Positions 51,401 to 64,000 of a DNA stretch of 64,000 nt are shown piece by piece. The stretch's first letter is position 1, and each line of letters opens with the position of its first letter. Under the pieces are notes generated by a model, which was given only the letters and a program-made list of their open reading frames with translations, searched no databases and was not told the DNA's origin. This DNA comes from Lama guanicoe (Eukaryota): the NCBI GenBank assembly GCA_013239625.1, contig MU053934.1:8205352-8269351 (forward strand), given 5' to 3'. The translations under genes were made by a program, and so were the position numbers.

Positions 51401-53639
51401 ATACAGCATGGAGCTTGTCCCAGCATCTGAGCCTCTATTCCCACCCGCCCTCTGTGTGAGGCTCTTGACGCGAAGACTCTAAGGCACAGGGATGGTCAGC
51501 AACTTGCCCGCGGTCACACAGCCTGCGGCAGAGGAGCTGGGATTGAGCAGGGGGTCCGGTGCCAGCAGCCGTGCGCCGCACAGGGCTCCCGGCCCCTCCG
51601 CCCGAAGCCTGCTCTCCCCCCGCCTCCCCTTCACGGGGGACCCTCACATCCCTCTGGGCCTGAGGGTCTGCTGCTCTCCCCCCACCCCCAGGGCACTTGT
51701 CCAGGGCAGGGACCCTGGCTGTGCCTGGCTTAATGAGAGTTTGCTCTGCAAGGAGCTTGTGCCGCCGTAAGGCGTGGCTTCGGGGACGCCCTTATCTGCC
51801 CAGCTCCGGGATGCAGAGACCAGAAACCCTGCCCCTCCAGCCGCCGGCCTTCCTCCATCACTATCAACCCTAAACCCCAATAAAATGAGAGCGACTCAGC
51901 AAGGCCTTGTATAGGCAAAGGAGCATGGTAGCTGGTCTGTGCAGAAAGCCACGCAGCTGGTTCTTCCGGGGCAGGGAGCACTGGGAGATGGCCCCGGCCC
52001 TCCGTCGGCAGTGTGAGCCCGGCTCAGGGCCAGGGCCGCCTGGGGCTGCCACGTGGGGACTGTCCCCGGAGCCAGGCTCAGGTCTGCCTGGCTTTGTGTC
52101 TTCACAGCACGTCATCGAGTCCCATTTCACAGGTGAGCAAACTGAGGATGCCCCCTCAAGGTCTCACAGCTCGGAAGCAGCTGACCTGGGGTTGCAGGGG
52201 CGCATCTAGGCTAATGCTTCACGCCACGTGAGACCGTATGTGTGAATTCCCCACAGGGCCCTCAAGCTCCTTGATCAAGTGCGGGTCAGTGACGCCACAG
52301 CTGGAGCCCGTCCTCTGCGCCAGGCACTGCCCCGGGAGGTGCACTCGTGAGCACATTCAGCACCCTGCCCTCTGAGGATGGAAACAGACTATGGAGGGGG
52401 TGTGTCCACCTGACTCCAGAGCTGGGCTGACTCCCTAGGTCCCCCCTCCATGCTCCTCCAGCCCACCCCAGCCAGCAGCAGGGAACTTCTTATCCAGGCA
52501 GGGCTGCGCATCCCAGCGGCTGCTGGAAACACATCATGTGCACATCTGCACACAAAGGGCCCGCAGGTCCCACAGCTGGGTCTCCCCGGGCACCGCCCCA
52601 GCCCACAGCCGTCTCCACACTCAGGCTTTCTGTGTCTTGTCCCTCTGCTCCGCCCTCAACTGGCATTTCCATGGTGGCCAGTGCTACGATGGCATTTAAA
52701 GCCAGCCTACAAAGGAAGCCGGCTCTGTCTGCCTCGCGCCCATCGCTGGAATCCTGCCCGGCCTGAGCTGGGCCAGAGATGAACCTCCTTCCTTGTCCCC
52801 TGAAGACGCAGGTGCTCTGCTTAAGGCAGAAAGAGTGCCAAGTTCAGACAGGCCTGGGTGCCCCTTACCTAGTCACCACCCACGTGGACAGTGGCAGCCC
52901 AGAGTGACTGGTGCTGTGCTGGGGAAACCAGGGGGCCACGGGAGCTCAGGAAAAGCAGCTGGTGGGACTGGAAGAGTTGGTGTGTACTTAATCCTCACGA
53001 CTGGGAGATGCTGTGATTAGCCTCAATTTACAGATGTGGACACTGGGACACAGAGAGTTTAAGTAACTTGTTCTGGGTCACCCAGCGAGTTGGTGGTGGA
53101 GCTGGGACTCCATTCAGGGGGTCTGGCAGTGGGCTCCAGGGGAGAGCGGGATGGTGTTCCTGGCAGAGGGACCAATCACACAAAGTGAGGCGAGGGTTCG
53201 TTCAGCGCAGTAAGATTCGGTACCAGTTTGGGGGCAGCGCTCAGCCAGGTAACGAGGCTTCCCCTCCTGCCTCTGGTCTGAGGTTCAGCACAGCAGCAGA
53301 GAACCGAAAGGGAGGGCCCTCAGCTTGGGGTCCGAACGCACAGGCTCTGCCATGTCTCAGCTGTGTGACCCTGGGCGAGTCCCTTCCCCTCTCTGAGCCG
53401 GGTGCGCCGTCATGTGAAAGTGCAGCCGCGTCACTATGTTTACTTCTGGTGATGCCGCCACGCGCGAGGAGTTCCTCTTTGCCTGGGGGGCTGGGGAGGC
53501 GGATCTGGAGGGAGCATGACCCACAGCAAGCTCAGGGAGGCCCAGGGGAGGCTGCTGTCACGGCGTCCTCCTGCACACAGTGGGTCCTCCGTGACCGTGT
53601 GATGAGCAGCGCTAACGCCCCTCCGGGCTCAGCGAAGGC

Positions 53640-53900
53640 CGTGCTGACCGGCGGGCACGAGGTATGAGAATGTTCTCGGCAGCACCGTTTAGGAGAGGAA
53701 AACCCTGCAGACAGCCCACTGGAAGACGGGAGGACGCGGAGCAGGAAGTCCAAACACTGAACGCTCCGCAGATGCCAGAGTGAACCACAGCCACACCAAT
53801 GTCACAGGGCGTTTTAGCAACCTGGGGCTGGGGGAGAAACTTAGGTCCCCAGATAACAATCTGCACCATCACTTTAGGAAGCTAAAAAGAGCTATGAAGC
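53640..53900 (+). mobile_element. Highly degraded L1 (L1ME-like) 3' fragment
   Basis: Weak resemblance: 'gagaatgttctcggcagcaccgttt...aaaac' and 'gagtgaaccacagccacac'. Confidence 0.35.
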
Positions 53901-55112
53901 ATGCACGTGACCAGGGCACGGAGGGCAGTGTGGGTAGTGGTGGGCCCTGCGGGGACTGGGGGTGGGTGAGAGCACGGGGGCCCATGTTCTGGCCGTCACC
54001 CTGTGTGGTGGGTTCAGGGAGGTGGATCCCCGGTGCTGGGATTTTCCGACTCCAGTAAGGATTTGTCTTCACGTGGACTCCCAGCCTCCTCCCTGTGAGC
54101 CCTGGTCACTCTGCCCCTTCAGGTGCTTCCTGGTCATAAGCGCTCGGTGACTCAGTTTCCTCATCTATAAATTGGCGGTGCTGGTCATGAAAGGTCCTCC
54201 TATACTCAGCAAAGTGCCCGAACCAGGTGGACCGACATGTCATAACCCAGGCACGGAACCCCACCGCCACCTGTCACCTGCCTGGGCAGGCCACCAGGCC
54301 ACAGGGAAGCTCGGCTTTTCCTCTGTAAGTGGGTGTCTTGCCTCCCCACCCTCCCAGGTCACAGGAAGATGAGACATGAAGTGGGTGCTATGTGCAAGGT
54401 AACCTTGTCATTCACAGAGTGACATCAGTGATTCAGAGTTGGCAGCACGGGTCTCAGCCTGTTGGGGGTAATGACACCAAACACATGCTGGTAACTGAAC
54501 CCACCACCAACTGCAGATGCTGGGGAAGGGGGAGGCAGCAAAGCCCCCACCAGGCGCCAAGCGCTCTCGGCCGAGCCCTTGACATCCTGACTTCCCAGGA
54601 TCACGCTCTCCCAGCCCAAGGAGAACAAGAGCACTCTGACTTGCCAAGGGGTCGCTGTTACTAACGGCAGACCCTGGTGTGGAACTCAGATATGGAGCAG
54701 ACCAAGCCAGTAACCCAGCGGGGGCACAGTGAGCCCTGGGGAGTGTTGTGCCTGGGGTGAGGTATTGGGTGAAGAGTGTAGCATGTGATGGGGAAGAGCC
54801 AGCGTTTATAAGCTCAGGACTTTGGAGAAGCAAGGGACCTCTCAGACCCTTGGCTTCCTCTTCTGTCTGATGACGATGATGTTTAGAGTAGGATGAGTGA
54901 ATGGAAACTGCTGGGAGAGACCCCGGAGGCGGCTGGACCGCACATGCCCAGGGTGCGGTCTTGCGCTCTGCTTGGGAGCTGGTGAGAAACGCGCGATGTC
55001 CGGCCAGCTGGGACCTGTCGGACTAGAACCAGGGTGGGGGCAAGGGATTTGCATTTTACCAGCTTTCCAGGGGATTCTGGTATGCCCTCAAGTACAGGAA
55101 CCACTGTGCCAG

Positions 55113-55308
55113 ATCAGAGACTGGGAATTTTTCTGTGAAGGGCCAGACAGTAGCGGTCACGGGCTTTGTGGGCCAGGCGCCTCATCACAATGATTTAACT
55201 CTGCCATCACAGCAGTACAGCAGTCGGAGGCCACACGGACTCATGGTGAAGGCTGTGTTCCAACAAAACTTTATTAACAAAACCAGGTAGCCCAGTTTCC
55301 TAAACCCT
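55113..55308 (+). mobile_element. MER58A-like hAT-Charlie element
   Basis: Motifs 'ttttctgtgaagggccagacagta...ggctttgtgggcca', 'aactctgccatcacagca' and 'ggctgtgttccaacaaaactttattaacaaaacc'. Confidence 0.8.
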
Positions 55309-58300
55309 CGGTACCCAGAGTGCAGCCCGCAGCCTGGCGCATCTCCTGGGAGCTGCCTGGAAACGCAGGCTCTCTAGAGACTGCTCCTCCTGCCCCGGAG
55401 GCTGTGTGCTAACCTGTGCACACTCGGGGAGCAGGCGGCAAGCTCTCCAGGTAGCCAGCAGGCCCAGTGGGGTCCTTCTGGGTCTGATAAGGGGGGCTGG
55501 GCGGTGGGGGTGCTGGGAGAGGGGCTGCCGAGCGGAGCGAGTGTAACAAACCCGGCACGGCACGGCGCAGCTAATTGGAAGCAGATGCTGTTGCAACCAG
55601 AGACTTGTCAGCTGTGATTAAGCGAAGTTGCCTTTAGGCCAATCAACTTCAAAATTATGCAAATAGGGCGGCAGCCAAGACCACAGGGATGGTGCGGGCG
55701 GCTGCCCCACCCAGCCGGGCACTCCTAACCCCCCTTGGCTGGCCTGGAGGGCCCACATCCACGCATCTCCCCCAGACCTAGCTCCACTTCTGGGGTGAAC
55801 GAGCCTCCTGCCCACACTCTTGGTAATTGTTCCAAAGCCGCTGACCTGAGCGGGAGGAAACCAGCAGCCACCCAGAGCCAGGCCGGGCCTGGGCCTCTCT
55901 CTCTTGAAAGTGCCAGCTGCCCCACTGGTGAGCCAGGCCGGGGTCACCGGCCTGGTCAGCCGCACTGGCCCTCAGTGAGCCAGGCCAGGCCTCACCTGGG
56001 AGGCTGCACCCCAAGAGGGCTCCCTGGTGGCAACGGCTGAACAGGAGACTTCCAAAGGTGGCTCTCGGCCATCCTCCCAGAGCGCTTACAGACACCGGCT
56101 CACCTCCCGCAATTCTCCTGGGCCCCAACCTGGACAGACAGCGGCCTCTTCCTGCTCAACTCCACCCCTGGGCCCCCAGATTTGATGCACCTCAAACTGA
56201 ACTCAGCCATCCGAGCCCATTGGGGGCTTTGCTGCCTCCTCTGGCGGCCCCTCCCACGGCCAGTCTCCCAGGGAGCCTGGGGGGTCTGCCACCGGACTGG
56301 TGTGAGGGGCCGGGGACTGGAGACAGGGAAGACCCCTCCAGTGCCTGCCCTTCAGATACATCCCGAGTCCTCATCCTGGTCTCAGAGGATGGCGGCCTCA
56401 GGTCTTAGGGGATGGGAGGGAAGCCTGGCTCTCAGGCCGAGGGGATCAGGTCCAGACACTACCAGGTGTCTGGCGGGAGGCTGGGCTCTGGAATCAGACC
56501 AGACTGAGCCATTTCACTGGCTCTTCTCTCCTGCTGTCTGCTCCCCCTCTTCCCAGCCTGGGGCACCTCCTCACTGAAGCCAGCACTTCCTCTGTTTAAT
56601 CTGGCTCCTGCTATGTCCTCTCCAAGTTGGTGACCCATCCTGATGCTGAGTTTGCACTCTGAAAACAAACGAATCGCTCATAGATGTGTCTGCAGGCGTT
56701 CGGAGTGGCCAGAGGCCTCTGACCATCCCCCAGGGAGGCTCTGACACGACACCCTGACATTGAAGACGCTGAAGAGGTAGCACAGAGCAAGGGACAGGGC
56801 ACAGAGCTGGCAGGGAGGCCCCGTCCTCAGCCAACACCCGCCCTGCCCAGCAGGGGGGTCCCCTGCCCAGCAGGGAGGGGCCCCGCAGACACTGGGGCAG
56901 AGCCTGGTGCTGGGAGGACGAACCTTCATCACGTGGGTCCTCCAGGGGCAAACGTGACTCCCATCCTAGCAGCCTTCCTCCTTTTTGAAAATGAACATTG
57001 CTTATAATGCAGAGAAAATTGCTAAATTTCATAGCATAGGTTGACATCCAGGTAAACAGTATCGTGGAGGTCTAATTAGTGTGCTGCTTTGGCGGATGCT
57101 GGCTCAAAAGTTTCTGGGGAATGGAGAGGTAACATCAAAAAGCATTTGCAAAGAGCCCTGTCGACAGGAAAACCCAATCAGAACTGGGACGCAAGGGCAG
57201 GACTCCGCCGGGAGTCTGGTGCTGGGCCTCTGCAGCCCGAGAGAGGCCAGAGAGAGGCCAGAGGGCAGGCGGGTCTGGAGGAGGGGACACAGTTGCCCTG
57301 TGACTCAGGACACACGACAAGCCTCTCTGGGCCTCTCCCCGTAAAGCGGGGTGCTAACCCTAGCCTCACGTGGGTGGTGTGAGATTAAATGAAACCATAT
57401 ATGTGAAACCCAGCCTGGCTGGGAGGTCCAGGGGTGGTTACTCAATGGGGTTTCCCACCCTCTACCTGGCTAGGGGTGTGCTCAGAGCTGTCACATTGGT
57501 TTAAGTGAGCTGTATGTGACCCCAAGAAGTGGTTGGGGGAGGGTATGAGCCTCAGGTGAGGATGCGGAGGCTCAGAGAGGCTGTCATGTCTGGGGGTCAC
57601 ACAGCGCATACAGAGCAGACCCGGGGCTGGCACCTGGTCGCTAGAACCTGAGCGCAGGGCTCTCCCCACAACGCCAAGCTGGCCTCACCCAGCACCATCC
57701 GCATGTCCCTGGCGGTGGCTAAAGGTGGACTAGAAGCCATTTGGGGCTCCCAGGGCTTTCTAGCTGTCGAGGCAGTTTCCCCTGGACTGAAGCCCACGGG
57801 CTCCCGCGTGCAGCCGCAGAACCCAGACTGTACATAATAACTGGTCTTCCACACCATGCCAGTGGGAGAAAGAGATGATTCTGGAGCTCTTACTATGTGT
57901 CAACCCCATGATGGGCATTTGACAAATGCTGTCTCCTTTAATTAAAAAAAAGGGAGTTGGGGAACTGCTGCTTATGGTTTGCAGATGAGAAAGCTAAGAA
58001 TCAGAGGGGCGGTGTCACCTGCCCAAGGTCACACAGCTGCTGAGCTACTGGGACGTGGGCCCAAGCTGGTCTCATTTCTAAGTCAAGGTTCTTTCTGGGC
58101 CTCAGGCTCTTGGCCTTGGGTATTTGGAGAGGAAGTGAGGGATAGAGAGGGAGCTGCCATGCCCTCAAACCAAACCGCTGGGCATCTCCCGCTCTCCCAG
58201 TGCCTCGGGGAGAACAGAGGAGACAGTCTGGGGAATCAGCTGGTCCCACTTCCCTCCTGGAGCTGGAGCCCGCGCCTGCCCCCACGCGCAGGACATCCCG

Positions 58301-60652
58301 GCAGACCTAGCCCCTGCTAGAGTTCCTCTGGAACTCAACTCACTGCAGGTCCCGGGGAGTCCCTTCCCTCTGGGGGACAATTCAGACTGAAAAGCTGGGA
58401 GGGGGAACCTGCAATCCTGCCCACCTCTCCACCTCCCCCTATCCCTGCCCACCCACTCCGGTCTGGCCCCACAGGGAACAGGTTTATTTGAAAACAATCA
58501 GCATTTGGCTCAAGTGATGAATGATCCCATTCAGGAATTGCACTGGGAGGAAGGAAAAGGCTCATCAGTGTGGGAGGCCCCACGATGTCTCAGGCCTGGC
58601 TCCTGGCCCCAGGGCTGGGGGGCCGGGGGCTACGGGGTGCTGTGCTAAGGGGACACATCGAGGTCTCGGGATCCCAGCTCTGGCTCCAATCCCACCTCCA
58701 CCACTAACAACGTGCGACCATGAGCAGATCACTTCACGCAAAGCCTCTGTTCCTTCCTGCCTCCCTCCCTTCCCCTCCTCCACCCAGCATCCCCGCAGGA
58801 AATTTAATGAGCACCTACTAGGTGCCAGCCCCAACTCCAGGCCCTGAGGATACAGGAGTGAACCAGACAGACACAGCTGGTCCTTCACACGGAAGGCAGG
58901 ATGGTCTGGAGAGCAGGATGGGGGCGCTCCAGGTCCCCTCACCCACTGACTGCACAGCAGAGACCTCCTCGGCTGCCTATCTTGGTATGTCCACATCTGA
59001 GGCCCCTGCAGACTGTCGGCTCCAGAGGCTGGAGCCAGGGATGCCACCTGAGACCCCGGGTTGCCCAGCCCAGCACTGGGCACAGAGGCGGAGGTGGCAG
59101 GGCTGGGGGAATGATGGGCCAGGGCAGTGGCGGAGTGGGCAGTGAGGAGGTGAGGGGCCCTGGGCACGGCCCCGGATAGTCCACAAATAAACTCCAGCTC
59201 ATGCCTCTTCCCAACGGAGAGAGAAAATAGCTTTCACACTATATTTTCTGATTTTTTTTTCACTTCACTGCTTCTAAATCGATCCAGAACAGATTGTCCA
59301 ATTGTTTGAATTTCAGGAGAAAATTCTCCTAATCTTTCCCTAGTCCTGCCCAGAATTCTGCCAGGTCTCGGCCCTCCCCCAGTGACCCCACTTCTCAGCC
59401 AGGCCCCAGCTGGACATCCGGGGCTGCTCCAGGCTTACTCACTGGACTGTGGACAGGGGTGATAGACAGGGGCTCACCCGGGAGAGGTGGGTCTGCACCG
59501 AGACGGTGCTCAAGCCCAGATTCACTGGGAAAAACGGCTTTGCTTTCCCAGGAAGGGCCAAATTCGCCCGGCACTCGCTGCAAGGCAGCGGAGCCCCACG
59601 GGAGCCTGGTAGCTTGGGTGGAATTGGAGGCTGCAACATGCCTTCCTCTTCTACCAGGAAAGTACTCTGGGTGCTGGGTTGAACCATACAACATAAGCAA
59701 TGGGGAAGAACGGTCATCATGCCCGTTGATGATGGCAGTAGCAAACAAGTGTCATCTTGGGCACTTACAGGATGGGCCAGTTGGGACTGCCTGGGGGGCT
59801 GTGCACATCCTGACTCCATGCTGTGATGGGTTGATTAGCAATGTCTGCCCTAGGCACAGCAGTGGCTAGTGTTGGTACTTGAGTCACAGATCTGCCATCC
59901 CGGGTTTACAGAGTAAAGTCCAAACTCCTTAACTAGCCAGAGTCTGTGGAGATTAAGCCACTGCTGACTTCTACAGCCTCACCTACACAGCTTTCCACAA
60001 ATACCAGGGGCCAGCCGTGATGTCCAGGAGTTCCTGAAACTTCTTCCTCTGGGTTCCATATGCATTGTTCCATCTGCCTTAATACCCACCCACCCCTTGC
60101 TCATCGACCTGGTCAGCTCATCCTCCATTTCCTTGGGGGCCACCTCCTCCGGTAAGGCCTCCTTGATGTATGGCCCCTTTCCCCCAGGCAGATCATTCCC
60201 CTGGCCTCTATTCTCACCCACATCTGTGCAGTCCCTTACGTGTGACTTGCACCTGGACAGAGTAGGTGACTATTCCCAGTCTTCCTGCAGAACAGGAGCC
60301 CCTGTGACCCCAACCAGGACAAACCCTGGGTGCGATCCTAGCAGTGAATAATCACATGACACAAACCCAGGCAAATGGTGTGCCCACTCCTGTTGGACCC
60401 CAGGCCCTTTCTGAGGAGGCCACAGGCAGCAGCAGAAAGCAGACTCTTGATGTGAAGGACCCCAGGGCCCTAAAGCTCCAGGCCTAGATGACACTGGAGC
60501 AGCCCCAGTGTACATCCTCACCAGCTCTTGCCAGGCCCCACCTTTCCTGAGGGGCTCACTGCCCCATGTCTCTCTCTCCCAAAGAGAAGGAATTCACATA
60601 ACAGAGACAAATGAGTGGGGACACGTGGAGAGTTCCTTCCTAGAGCGCTTTG

Positions 60653-60684
60653 CCTCCGTGACCCTCCGTGACCCTCCGTGACCC
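60653..60684. repeat. 10-bp unit (cctccgtgac) x3 tandem repeat
   Basis: Directly visible. Confidence 0.9.
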
Positions 60685-61715
60685 ACATCTCAGGCGGGCC
60701 TGCAGTGGACCCCACACTGCAGGAGGAAACTGAGGCAGAGAGGACAGAGGTGGCTTGGAAGGGCCACACAGAAGTGGGGGGGGGCAAGAGTGTGGTGACC
60801 CGCACGCCCATGCCAGCGCCCCTCCTGACCACTGAGGGTATTATGCCATCCCCCACTCCTCGTGGGGGAATCCCAATCCTGGCTTTGCTACTTAGCAGCT
60901 GTGTGCCCCTGGGGAAGTCACGTCCCTCCTCTGAGCCTCGCGGAGAAGGATAACCCGCCCTTGCTCAGGCGTGTTCTGAGAGTTAAACCAGGCGGGGTTT
61001 GCAAAGCACCCAGGCTGGGCTTGGTTTGGATGCAAGGACCTCCCCAGCAGGTCAGGGCTCCCGGGGCTTTGAGCCCAGCACCCCATCCCTGGGGCTGCTC
61101 CGTGGCGATCAGCAGACCTAATTTTGCCTGCAGGTTGGCAGGGCCCTCCTGCCCTGCCCCTTCCCTGACTCTGTGCCTGGTGCCCCTTGGGAAGGAATCA
61201 GATGGCCCACAGGCTGGTGGTCCCATCCTGCCTGCACTGGGCCTCCCCCCAGCTCCAAAACCTCCCTGCAATCTCTTTTCCACCATGTGAAGCCCAAACA
61301 CCTCCTCCAACTTCTCCTGTACCTTTACAAATCACAAACCATGCTCAACACGTGATCTTTGTGCATCACCATGCCCCCAAAGGAAGACAGTATTCTCCAT
61401 ATTATGGAGGAGGAAACAGAGAAGCCCCAGAACTTCCCTGCCCTAAAAAGGAGGAAGCCACAGTCTGAACTCAGCTCTGTACAGCTCCAAAACCAAACTG
61501 TCAGGGACATCAAGCAACATGGGTCCCCAGACTTGGGCCACCATCCCTGGTCCCCGGAATGGGGACAACAAATATTCGTTCAGAGAAGAGAGATACTATC
61601 TGGCTACAAAACTCATTCCATCTCAATGCTCGTGGCCCTCAAAGAGAAGCCTCTGCCCTAGTCCTCGGGCCCCTTCCAGAACTGCCCTGATCTTAGGCTT
61701 TGGATGTTTCCTGAT

Positions 61716-61906
61716 CATTCATTCATTCTTCATTCACTCGCCCATCCACCCACCATCCATCTATCCACCCATCCATCTATCCACCCATCCATCTATCCAT
61801 CCATCTATCTATCCATCCATTCCTCCATCCATCCATGCACCCATGCACCCATCCACCCATCTAACCATCCATCAACCCACCCAGCCATCAGTCCATCCCT
61901 TCATTC
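61716..61906. repeat. Degenerate (CATT)n/(CCAT)n microsatellite
   Basis: Directly visible; it produces the HPSI-repeat ORFs 61519.. and 61704.. Confidence 0.93.
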
Positions 61907-64000
61907 ACAGACGTGTCCAAAACACACCTGAGCCAGAAGCTGGCTAAGAGCTAAACCAAAAACAGGGTGGTCCCTACCCTTGGAGGACAGAGAGCAGCTC
62001 CACTGCTTCTGTAGCCCCTGGGTGCTTCTGCTATTAAATGTTATTAAATGAGCCTGGAATGTTACAGTATTTACCCTTAGTCCTCAAAACCACCCTTGTC
62101 AGTTATTATGACTATTATCATCAACATTATCAAGCTTATTTTAAAAACAAGGACACTGAGGCTCAGAGAGTGAACTCAGCAGCCTGACACTGGCCACAGG
62201 TAGGGGTGGAGCCGGGGGGTGGGGTGGACCCAGGCGGGTGAGCTCCAGGGCTGGCTCCCTTGCCGCCCTGCTCTGTGGTTGCCATGGCACCGGGCAGGCA
62301 CCAGAGTGGTCTAACGGCTCACTTGATTCATTTCCTCACTCAGTCAACAACCAGTCATGGAATCCCCTGCTCTGGGGGTTGCCGGGTGATCAGATTTGGC
62401 TTCTGCCTCCAAGGATGCTTCACCGAAGGGCTGGAGCAATATTAACAGAGTAACAGCGAAGTTCCTGTTCATAGAGGGAGAATACAGAGAGCCGATATGT
62501 TTTTGAATACACACTATGCACTAAGCTGCAAATTTATCTTATCTGGTTCTCACAATAACCCGTTTTGCAGATGAGGAAGCTGAGGCTCAGAGGTTATGGA
62601 ACTTGTCCAGGGTCACAGAGATAGGAACGAGGAGAGGGGAGACCTGTCCAGGGCGGAGCCCCGAGCACGCCTGGGTGATGCCAGGCTGCTCTCGCGGGAT
62701 CTGCGCCAGGAGCTTCCCTGCAGCTCCGCTCGTCGCCCTGGCGATGGGCCTCAGCTCAGAGGCACGGCTCAGTCCCCAGAGGCCTCGCAGTCCCAAGGAT
62801 CAGATGCCAGGCAGTTCCGCTCAGATGATGCTATAGTCCTGATCTGCTCCCGAAAACTCTAAACAGAAAAGCCCTTCAGAAGCCAGCCCATGGGAGGACG
62901 CGCTGGACTTGCCCAGCTGAGGGCTGAACTCCACTGGCCAGGCCTCTGGGACTCAGTGATGATGCCCAGCTTCCTGCAAATGGGCAGGGAGAGGCTCCAC
63001 CCCTCCATTCTCTGGACGCAGAGACTGAGGCTCAGCTTTGGCATGGGCATCCCAGGACCACCATCCTGAAGCCCAGGGCGTCCCGTAGCCGAGAAGGAGG
63101 AGGGAGGCTCAGGTGGAGGGAGAAAGGGGACCTTCTAGACTTTGGTATTAATGTCTGTATTTCTTTGATTTAATTTTCAGAATTTCCCTCTAGCAGCTTA
63201 TGATACCTGTTGTGCTACCCGCAGAGAGTCCATCTGATCCAGAGCCTTGGGGTCCAGAGCTCTGACTGTGACCCCGGCCACCTCTCGTTCCTTCTCTGGA
63301 CTCTGTGCTCCTTAGGGAAAGGGACTCTGGAAGACTGGCCTTGGGTTGCCTGAGGGGGCTGGATGATAATGTAACAAAGGAACTTGGAAACATTAAAATT
63401 CGAAGATGCCACTGGGAGGCCATGCCTGTCTGAGACCCACTGAAGACTTTCCTCAGGGTGCTCCTCTGCCCTGCTCTGCCTGGCACACTCCTATCCACCC
63501 TCCAAGACCCAAGCCAAAAGTTACCTCCTCCAGGAAGCCCTCCCTGACCCCTCAGCTAGGGTGGGAGCTCACAGACGTCTGTTTTCCTTTCTTTCTCCTT
63601 CCCCCAACAAACACACCATAAACCCCACCAGGGCACAATCCTGTTTCCATGGTCTCTTGTCCCCTGGGTCCAGCACAGGGGAGGTGCTCCGGAAACACAG
63701 AATGAGCGAATGCTTAAATGCGTTTTCTGTTGGTCTATAAATCCAGCTGCACACAGAGGATTCTCCCGACAAAGGAAACGAGCCCGCGGTGAAGGCAAAT
63801 CACCGTCGCCGTTTCAGTGACCTGTTGAGGGAGCCGCGGAGGAAATTCTCGCGCTGGATTATGGAAGGAATTTGCCTTTATTTGTAATTTGTACCAATAT
63901 CTAAGAAAGCGGCACTTTATTTTCAGCCCATCGTGTGCCAAGGAGCTTTGAATGTGGCGCAGGAGACAAACTTTCCCAGCCCCATTTCCCAATGCAAATC

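Noticed and set aside
61519..61947. His/Pro/Ser/Ile repeat ORFs
   Set aside because: They are translations of the (CCAT)n microsatellite.

Overview
This is mammalian genomic DNA, GC-rich and dense in repeats. It is very probably camelid (alpaca, llama or camel), judged from a Vic-1-type tRNA-derived SINE at about 3870-4005. The only protein-coding gene I can support is SHISAL1 (KIAA1644, shisa-like 1) on the minus strand. Its three coding exons are 42076-42013, 38526-38313 and 28747-28430. They have canonical GT-AG sites and consistent phases, and they encode a 198-aa single-pass membrane protein. The stop codon is split (TG|A) by the last intron. I could not place the terminal exon or the non-coding first exon(s); they may lie outside the window. 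The rest is intronic or upstream sequence with L1, L2, MIR, MLT1/MLT2 LTRs, Tigger2, MER63, MER58, MER45, MER20, MER5 and microsatellites. Repeat family names are from recognition of consensus sequences, not from a search. Nearly all ORFs in the supplied track are chance ORFs of GC-rich DNA. I see no CRISPR array, RNA gene or convincing new multi-gene system. The most notable items are an exact 395-bp tandem duplication (362-1152), a 5-codon uORF whose stop overlaps the SHISAL1 ATG, the split stop codon that gives a near-identical protein if unspliced, and several motif-dense unique patches that may be enhancers.
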